DNA from: Candidatus Heimdallarchaeota archaeon B3_Heim
Lineage (GTDB): Archaea > Asgardarchaeota > Heimdallarchaeia > Hodarchaeales > Hodarchaeaceae
Reading direction: 5' to 3'
Assembly: GCA_003144275.1 (NCBI GenBank)
Contig: NJBF01000008.1
Coordinates: forward strand, 39,232 to 71,231
DNA: 32,000 nucleotides
The notes under the pieces were generated by a model. It did not search any database. It was given only the letters and a program-made list of their open reading frames with translations, and was not told where the DNA came from. Below, in pieces: positions 26,454 to 32,000 of this stretch (position 1 is the first letter of the stretch; the number at the start of each line of letters is the position of its first letter). The position numbers and the translations under genes are program-made.

Positions 26454-27020
26454 GTGAAAATATCTAATATCGATCTGAAGACTGCATACCGATTTTTATA
26501 TCCACGATTCACAATTATCGTATCATCTGGAACGCTTTCTAATCCAAATGCCCTCACTATCGCTTGGTCTACCCCTCTTTCAGCAGATCCGCCATTACTT
26601 GGTGTTCTCATTGCAAATAAGAGGTATTCTCATGAAATAATAAAAGAAACCAAGTCTTTTGTTGTAAATATTCCCCATTACAATCTTGTTAAAGAAACCC
26701 ATTTTGTTGGACAGATTTCTGGTCGTGAAGATCCAAAAAAAATTGAAAAGGCTGGTTTCACATTAGAGCCATCCAAAAAAATTGCCGCACCCCGCATAAA
26801 AGAGTGTAAAATTAATTTGGAATGCAAACTCGTTGATATAATCACCACAGGTGATCATGACATGTTTGTTGGTGAAATCATTGAAATAGCGGTTGATTCA
26901 ACTATTCGTGATGAGTGGTCTTATGATCTATCAAAACATCAATCAATTTATTGGAGACAATCTAAATTTAGCAGTGATGCTTACCGATTAAATGTCGTGA
27001 ATGAGGAAGATTTAACTTGA
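26454..27020 (+). CDS. Flavin reductase-like FMN-binding domain protein (flavoredoxin-like)
   Basis: LYPRFTIIVSSG ... NALTIAWSTPLSADPPLLGVLI ... SHEIIKETKSFVVNIP is typical of the flavin-reductase-like domain. The GTG start has GAGGT 8 nt upstream. Confidence 0.8.
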   Translation: MKISNIDLKTAYRFLYPRFTIIVSSGTLSNPNALTIAWSTPLSADPPLLGVLIANKRYSHEIIKETKSFVVNIPHYNLVKETHFVGQISGREDPKKIEKAGFTLEPSKKIAAPRIKECKINLECKLVDIITTGDHDMFVGEIIEIAVDSTIRDEWSYDLSKHQSIYWRQSKFSSDAYRLNVVNEEDLT

Positions 27021-28039
27021 AACACACTTCCCCCAGCTTAATAGTGGAAAATCAAACAGTTTTCTTTGAATCCTCAGAAAATATGCGTGAAATCGAGTCA
27101 GATTCAGTGACTCTAATTGTCACTTCTCCTCCTTATTGGAATGTCAGAGATTACGGTTCTGAGCAGATAGGATTCGGACAGATCTATAAAGAATATGTTA
27201 ATTCTTTAGATAAGGTTTGGAAAGAATGTGAACGAGTACTTCAGCCAAATGGTAAAATAGCTATTAATGTCCAACCGCTCCCAATAGATAGTAAAAATTC
27301 TGGATTTGGACGTCGAGTTATATTAAATTTAATGTATGACATTGAACGCTTTTTTCGAGAAAGTAATTTCTATTTATCTGGAATGCACTATTGGGATAAA
27401 GCACCTTATATTTCTAACGTATCTTGGGGTAGTTATCCTAAACCTACCAATATTGCCTCAAACACTAGTTTTGAACAAATCTTTGTGTTTGTAAAGGGGG
27501 GGAAGACACGCAAAGTTCCTCCCGAAACCATGCAAAAAAGTTTATTATCAAAAGATGAATGGAGACATTTCGCTGTTCGAGGAATCTGGGATGATATCTC
27601 CCCTGTAATTAAAATTGACTCTAAGGGTGTTAATAAATTTGGTCATTCTGCACCCTTTCCTGAAGAAATCCCCTATCGAATCATTAAAATGCATTCTGCT
27701 AAGAATGAAACGGTGCTCGATCCTTTTTTAGGTTCAGGAACAACCTTGAAGATTTGTCGCATTACTGGACGAAAGGGTATAGGATACGAAGTTAATGAGA
27801 ACTATAGAGAGTTGATTAAAACAAGAATTCTCGAAGATTGGGAATTTCCTCCAATTGAAGCACAATATAAGACGATGGGAACGACCTTTTTCTATGAAAC
27901 ACTTCAATATGTTCATAACAGAATAGTAAGCGAACCTGCAATTTCTCTCAAAGAGATAATAAATGAACTTAATAGGAAGTTTCCGAAGAAATTTACCAAA
28001 TCTTGGATATCACATCTTAACAGTCTAAATATGGAGTAG
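27017..28039 (+). CDS. Beta-class exocyclic DNA methyltransferase (SPPY motif IV; predicted N4-cytosine or N6-adenine)
   Basis: Motif IV LIVTSPPYWN is near the N-terminus and motif I VLDPFLGSGTT is near residue 235, which is the beta-class order. The TTG start overlaps the upstream stop (TTGA). About 80 aa of extra C-terminal sequence follows. Confidence 0.85.
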   Translation: MKHTSPSLIVENQTVFFESSENMREIESDSVTLIVTSPPYWNVRDYGSEQIGFGQIYKEYVNSLDKVWKECERVLQPNGKIAINVQPLPIDSKNSGFGRRVILNLMYDIERFFRESNFYLSGMHYWDKAPYISNVSWGSYPKPTNIASNTSFEQIFVFVKGGKTRKVPPETMQKSLLSKDEWRHFAVRGIWDDISPVIKIDSKGVNKFGHSAPFPEEIPYRIIKMHSAKNETVLDPFLGSGTTLKICRITGRKGIGYEVNENYRELIKTRILEDWEFPPIEAQYKTMGTTFFYETLQYVHNRIVSEPAISLKEIINELNRKFPKKFTKSWISHLNSLNME

Positions 28040-28358
28040 TGTCTGAAATTCTCGTTTAGACATGTTTATTCAATAAAAACTCATTTAATTCAGGTATTAT
28101 TGATATAAAATAAGCTAATACTTGGTCATATCAATTTTTTACCTGCTTTTCCTGGTTAAGACGAAGATATTATAGTCCACTAATAATTAAAGTCAATTTG
28201 GCGAGTTGAAAATTCATTTTTCTTATTGAATTCTATGCATTGAGATAAGAACATCTAGTATGCTAACGAATTACTAAACACAACATCATATCATGAAGAT
28301 CCTATACATGAAGGGTACGCAAACTAGGTAATGTTAGATACCAAAACAAAGGAATAAC

Positions 28359-28366
28359 TTTATAAA
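28359..28366 (+). promoter_or_regulatory. Candidate TATA box of the histone gene
   Basis: TTTATAAA is preceded by the purine-rich AAAGGAATAA (BRE-like) and lies about 70 nt upstream of the ATG. The SD AGGTGA at 19-24 of the same kilobase (28419-28424) lies 8 nt upstream of the ATG. Confidence 0.4.
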
Positions 28367-28432
28367 GATAGGGAAATTCAAGTAATTGTCGAAAAAGAAT
28401 CGACGTATTTTTGAGAAAAGGTGAAATAAATT

Positions 28433-28636
28433 ATGGTAGGATTTGCAAGTGCTCGCGTAGAGAAGCTTATTCGTAATGCTGGTGCACGCCGTGTATCCGC
28501 AGACGCAATCAGTCGGCTTAACGAGGTTTTAACCGACTATGGTATGGAACTAGCCAAATACGCAGTCGAAATTGCTCGTCACTCTGGTCGTAAGACCGTT
28601 AAGGAAAATGATGTTAAATTAGCCGCAACCAAATAA
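28433..28636 (+). CDS. Archaeal histone (HMfA/B-type histone fold, tail-less)
   Basis: The 67-aa sequence MVGFASARVEKLIRNAGARRVSADAISRLNEVLTDYGMELAKYAVEIARHSGRKTVKENDVKLAATK is colinear with the HMf family (xxRIIKxAGAxRVSxDA ... ARHAGRKTIKxEDI). Confidence 0.95.
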   Translation: MVGFASARVEKLIRNAGARRVSADAISRLNEVLTDYGMELAKYAVEIARHSGRKTVKENDVKLAATK

Positions 28637-28676
28637 GGTTTAGACTAATTATATTTCATAAAATCCTTCACCTCCC

Positions 28677-28685
28677 TTTTTTTTT
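28677..28685 (+). terminator. Oligo-T tract (T9), candidate archaeal terminator for the histone gene
   Basis: CCTCCC-TTTTTTTTT-CTT lies 41 nt downstream of the histone stop. Archaeal RNA polymerase terminates at oligo-T runs. Confidence 0.45.
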
Positions 28686-28770
28686 CTTACTAATAACATA
28701 AGAAGTCTTCTTTAAACGGAAAGATCATCGAGCAACGAATAACTTTTAATTAAATTGTCAAGCAGATAAA

Positions 28771-29184
28771 TTAGTTTTCAATCGCTCGCTCTTCACGAGT
28801 TACTGCTTTCAATTTTTCAGTTTGTAGTTGCTGAATTCGGTCTATTTCAGCTAATAGATTCCGAATACTGGTTGGTTTCGTAAAAAAACCAATAGCACCT
28901 GATTCCAGTGCCTCTTTCTCGACTCTCTTTTCAGCCGAGACGAATAAAACTTTAGCTTGAGGTGTTTTTTTTAATATCTCCTTCATTGCAACGAGTCCAT
29001 CCAGAACTGGCATACGGTAGTCCATGATTATGATATCAGGTTTAATAGGTAGCTCTGAAAATTTCTCAATGGCTTCTTTTCCGTTACTGGCATTCCCAAT
29101 GACATCATGACCTTCCATCATCAATAGCTTAGAATATATCATGAGGAGGTCTCTTTCATCATCTACCAAGAGAATGCGTGCCAT
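28771..29184 (-). CDS. Stand-alone response-regulator receiver protein with a short coiled-coil-like C-terminal extension
   Basis: ILLVDDERD, IIIMDYRMPVLDG, LFVSAE and FFTKP. GAGGA lies 6 nt upstream of the ATG. The C-terminal ~30 aa are LLAEIDRIQQLQTEKLKAVTREERAIEN. Confidence 0.9.
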   Translation of the reverse strand: MARILLVDDERDLLMIYSKLLMMEGHDVIGNASNGKEAIEKFSELPIKPDIIIMDYRMPVLDGLVAMKEILKKTPQAKVLFVSAEKRVEKEALESGAIGFFTKPTSIRNLLAEIDRIQQLQTEKLKAVTREERAIEN

Positions 29185-29382
29185 TATTAGTCCTCAAATT
29201 GATAATATATAATGAATCTATACCCATTTTTTGACGAAAATGGTATTTAGGGAGATTTGTTTAGTAATTTTAATATTACGTTACCTCATTTATTAAACTC
29301 ACTATATAATTTCGCAGTTCTTATTTGAAGAGCTGACAAGTCAAACTTCTGATTTGCCGATTTGATATACTATAAAGTAATT

Positions 29383-30495
29383 TCAACTTGTTTGTTCTGT
29401 TTCACCTAAAAATGTCAGGATTGGCATAAAAGAATCCATGTAATCAAGTGTAGTGATTGTGTGAGGAAGTGAAAGGAAGTTTCGATACTCTACATTAAAC
29501 AGAATATCATTGTCACTCATTAAGGATATTAAATGAGTTTCAGCCACTTTAGCTTCCTCAAAAGAGCTAAAAACCGCCGTTACTATGACATCGAACCCAA
29601 ATCTCATCAAAATAATTGGTGTTAGCACTTTATCAATAAGGCTTAGCGACATCTCAATAGTTGAGGCCTGAGATGAAATGATACAGTAGCGGCAAAGTAG
29701 AAGTATATTAAGCCCTAGTTTCTTAGTGTTGGGAAATAATCGGGGTACTATTACTCCTGAATCAACAAGTTTTTTCAACCACCTTGTAGTAGTCGTCCTT
29801 GGTCTTCCAGTTAGTTGAGATACTTCCCTTGGAGTTCGTCCTGGCGCTTCGAGAAAAGAATAGAGGATTTCTTGTCCTACTTGTGTTATTCTCAGTTGAG
29901 GATCTTGGGGGGGCAGAAAAATAGGTTTCTCTAGTTTTTCTTCTAAGCTTAAACCAAAAAGTCTGAATAATGATTTAGAATAATCTAGAAATCTTGGAAA
30001 TTCTGATAATCGAATGGGAAAATGTAATTCTTGTTGGAAACTGAAATTTATTCCCAAATTCAATAGGTTGTTTTCTAGTTGATCTGATATTTCTTCAAAT
30101 TTATTATAATTTTCATAACAGCTCAAAGTTAACGCCAAGTTACTCTCAACGGCTGAAAACAGAAGTCTATTGGAATTTTTTAGAATATCTAGAAAATTAA
30201 CTGACTTTTTTTCATCAGATGAATCAGATACACCATAATAGGAAGATAGTTCCGATATGACTCGTATATTGAGGGTGATAAATTCTATGTTGAGATATGC
30301 CACATTAGGTAAATAAACGAGCGTATAGTACTTTTTGGCCTTTAGCCGTTTCTTTATGGTTGAGAATGTGGAACGTTTGATGCCAATTTTTAATGCAAGT
30401 TCGAAATCGGGAATTTCTGGATATTGGACAAGGTAGGCCATCACGAGTTGCTCTCGTTCACTTAATCCACCTACGAAATCTGATTCATTTTTCAT
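29383..30495 (-). CDS. Paralog B: protein with two tandem Lrp/AsnC-like HTH + effector-like modules
   Basis: Module 1 is LSEREQLVMAYLVQYPEIPDFELALKIGIKRSTFSTIKKRLKAKKYYTLVYLPNVAYLNIEFITL. Module 2 is ITQVGQEILYSFLEAPGRTPREVSQLTGRPRTTTTRWLKKLVDSGVIVPRLFPNTKKLGLNILLL. The ATG at 30495 follows GGATGGA. The alternative TTG at 30516 overlaps the stop of paralog A (TTGA). Confidence 0.6.
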   Translation of the reverse strand: MKNESDFVGGLSEREQLVMAYLVQYPEIPDFELALKIGIKRSTFSTIKKRLKAKKYYTLVYLPNVAYLNIEFITLNIRVISELSSYYGVSDSSDEKKSVNFLDILKNSNRLLFSAVESNLALTLSCYENYNKFEEISDQLENNLLNLGINFSFQQELHFPIRLSEFPRFLDYSKSLFRLFGLSLEEKLEKPIFLPPQDPQLRITQVGQEILYSFLEAPGRTPREVSQLTGRPRTTTTRWLKKLVDSGVIVPRLFPNTKKLGLNILLLCRYCIISSQASTIEMSLSLIDKVLTPIILMRFGFDVIVTAVFSSFEEAKVAETHLISLMSDNDILFNVEYRNFLSLPHTITTLDYMDSFMPILTFLGETEQTS

Positions 30496-30512
30496 ACAGA
30501 ATATCCATCCTA

Positions 30513-31649
30513 TCAAATAGAATTCTTGATTACGGTATTTTTATTGAATGGCTTCAAGTTATACCTCTCTGAAGCTTTTAAATACTCCAAAAGTGGATTT
30601 AAAGAGCGATGAAAATCTTTAACAAATGATAAATTTCCTGTCGAGGTCACTATTTTGTCTTTTATTTGATTGGGGGTATTCGTAGTGTTACGAATGGTTT
30701 TTATAAAGGCATTCTCATCTTTACGGAAACTAGAATAATCTTTCGATACAGAATTTATCACTATTTCTCTGTGACTAATAAAGAGATTGAATGGGTGCAT
30801 ATTGTATTGCACACTTTCAATTAAACGTTTCCTATCTTTGTCATTAAGCCCTCGTATCGAAATAAAATATGCTACCTGTATTTTCATACCAAGCATAACT
30901 AAATTGGGCATGTATCGGGTAAAATAGAGTTCATTTCTTAGAAAAAATTGCACCCAGCGAGAAATTGTATTCCTAGGTTTACCAACAATTTCTGCTAGCT
31001 CAATTATCGATTTACTTGGGTAATTAATTAAATTATTGAAAATTTTCCACCCTACGGGAGATATTTGGTCAATTACATCTTCACTAGAACATAATAGAGG
31101 AGAAGTTGAGTGTTTCTCTTCAATCAGAATTCCCCAAACTGATGCCAGTTGTTTTCCGTATTCCATGAAATTTAACACCCCTTGTTCCGTAGCGGGACCT
31201 GTATATAGGTGGAAATTATGTGGATCGGACAGACCAGATTCATAACAAAAGCCGGCTAGTGTTTTATGTGCTAACGTCACATCAGTTAATGATTTACTAA
31301 TTAGAAGCGAAAATCCACCATGAGTATCAATAATAGACGAAACAATGCTTGGAAAGTGTTGAATGCGTTCTTGTAGACTGGAAGGTTGATTATTCATCAA
31401 TCTCGCAAGTATAACAGGATTCAGATGAAAGGACTCTAATGCGATTACTTCAGCTTTTAGTGATAGGAAATTTGGAATATTCACTGGTCGAATCGCTAAT
31501 GAACTAATAAGTTCTTTTTTAATTGTTGAGAATGTTGAACGTTTTACTGATAGTTTTCGGGCAATTTCATAATCAGAATCTATGGGATACAAACATAAAC
31601 CAACGATCACTCGCTTCTGATTCATCGTTAAGCTATGGGTACCAATCAT
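30513..31649 (-). CDS. Paralog A: protein with two tandem Lrp/AsnC-like HTH + effector-like modules
   Basis: Module 1 is LTMNQKRVIVGLCLYPIDSDYEIARKLSVKRSTFSTIKKELISSLAIRPVNIPNFLSLKAEVIAL. Module 2 is ISPVGWKIFNNLINYPSKSIIELAEIVGKPRNTISRWVQFFLRNELYFTRYMPNLVMLGMKIQVAYF. The start is the ATG at 31649 (alternative TTG at 31670). Confidence 0.6.
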   Translation of the reverse strand: MIGTHSLTMNQKRVIVGLCLYPIDSDYEIARKLSVKRSTFSTIKKELISSLAIRPVNIPNFLSLKAEVIALESFHLNPVILARLMNNQPSSLQERIQHFPSIVSSIIDTHGGFSLLISKSLTDVTLAHKTLAGFCYESGLSDPHNFHLYTGPATEQGVLNFMEYGKQLASVWGILIEEKHSTSPLLCSSEDVIDQISPVGWKIFNNLINYPSKSIIELAEIVGKPRNTISRWVQFFLRNELYFTRYMPNLVMLGMKIQVAYFISIRGLNDKDRKRLIESVQYNMHPFNLFISHREIVINSVSKDYSSFRKDENAFIKTIRNTTNTPNQIKDKIVTSTGNLSFVKDFHRSLNPLLEYLKASERYNLKPFNKNTVIKNSI

Positions 31650-31901
31650 CCTAAGATATTCCAAATTCAATATTTACTGTGAAAAATAATTGAATGATGT
31701 ACTGATACACCCTACTTATAATATATTAGGTACAAAAAATAATAAATCTTGAAATGAAAAAGGGGAAGTGGGCACCAGCTCTCAACAACGAGTAGCTCCT
31801 TCTTCATCGTAATCCCAGGGCTTATTTACGAAACTACCTCTCTCTCCTCCATTTTTCCCTCTACAAGAAGAATTGTGAAAGCACTTTGTTCGCAGCCAGA
31901 A

Positions 31902-32000
31902 CTAGTTGTCCTCAAACGGAAAATTTGCCTCTAGTACATCGTCTAAGGCCCAATTGCGAAGAATAGATCCAATTTGATCAGATATATACTTTTTCCCACA
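31902..32000 (-). CDS. Possible 3' end of a CDS that runs off the right edge (32 codons + TAG)
   Basis: The minus-strand frame is open from the window edge to the TAG at 31904-31902 (...CGKKYISDQIGSILRNWALDDVLEANFPFEDN*). It is too short to identify. Confidence 0.25.
   Translation of the reverse strand, partial: CGKKYISDQIGSILRNWALDDVLEANFPFEDN

Noticed and set aside
27496-27502. G7 homopolymer inside the methyltransferase gene (GGG GGG Gly codons) as a possible phase-variation tract
   Set aside because: Comparable G/C runs occur in unrelated genes here (G7 at 29907-29913 in paralog B, G6 near 5545 and 19616). Seven bases is short for slipped-strand switching. The idea is not supported without population data.
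25543-28039. Restriction-modification or other defence system around the methyltransferase
   Set aside because: No endonuclease-like, specificity-subunit or ATPase ORF flanks it. The neighbours are a canonical endonuclease IV and a flavin-reductase-domain protein, so I treat it as an orphan methyltransferase.
28040-28062. 8-bp stem hairpin (TGTCTGAA-N7-TTTAGACA, one G-U pair) right after the methyltransferase stop, as a terminator
   Set aside because: Archaeal termination relies on oligo-T tracts rather than hairpins. The stem is AT-rich and is followed by only a weak T run, so I did not call it as a feature.
1-32000. Search for tRNA/rRNA genes, CRISPR repeats, transposases, integrases, prophage or island boundaries
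   Set aside because: I saw no GC-rich structured-RNA-like segments, no regularly spaced direct repeats and no recombinase-like ORFs in any intergenic or coding region. The window looks like core chromosome.

Overview
This is an AT-rich (about one-third G+C by eye), densely coding archaeal chromosome segment with about 32 credible protein genes. I found no rRNA, tRNA, CRISPR array, transposase or integrase. Several features support an archaeal origin: an HMf-type histone (28433-28636), a short ERCC4/XPF nuclease, and the archaea-specific pantoate kinase / phosphopantothenate synthetase route, which sits inside a five-gene coenzyme A operon (12294-16962, minus strand). A Rab-like small GTPase followed 9 nt later by a longin-like + Roadblock protein (3630-4967) makes an Asgard (Loki-like) genome the best guess. 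The remaining genes are:
- two M42 aminopeptidase paralogs
- an isopentenyl-phosphate-kinase::metallo-beta-lactamase fusion
- a secreted M6-like metalloprotease and a second C-terminally anchored surface protein
- a 791-aa HEAT + multi-winged-helix ORF placed directly upstream of the nuclease
- an endonuclease IV / flavin-reductase-like / orphan SPPY methyltransferase gene string
- TauE and EamA transporters, an FAH-family hydrolase and an SDR epimerase
- two stand-alone receiver domains
- a tandem pair of paralogs, each built from two Lrp/AsnC-like HTH modules

The best candidates for undescribed biology are the GTPase/longin-roadblock cassette, the doubled-Lrp paralog pair next to a receiver gene, the IPK::MBL fusion, and the HEAT/winged-helix ORF paired with ERCC4. 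All functional calls rest on motif and pattern recognition by eye. No database or HMM search was run, and several start codons are my re-interpretations of the ORF track.
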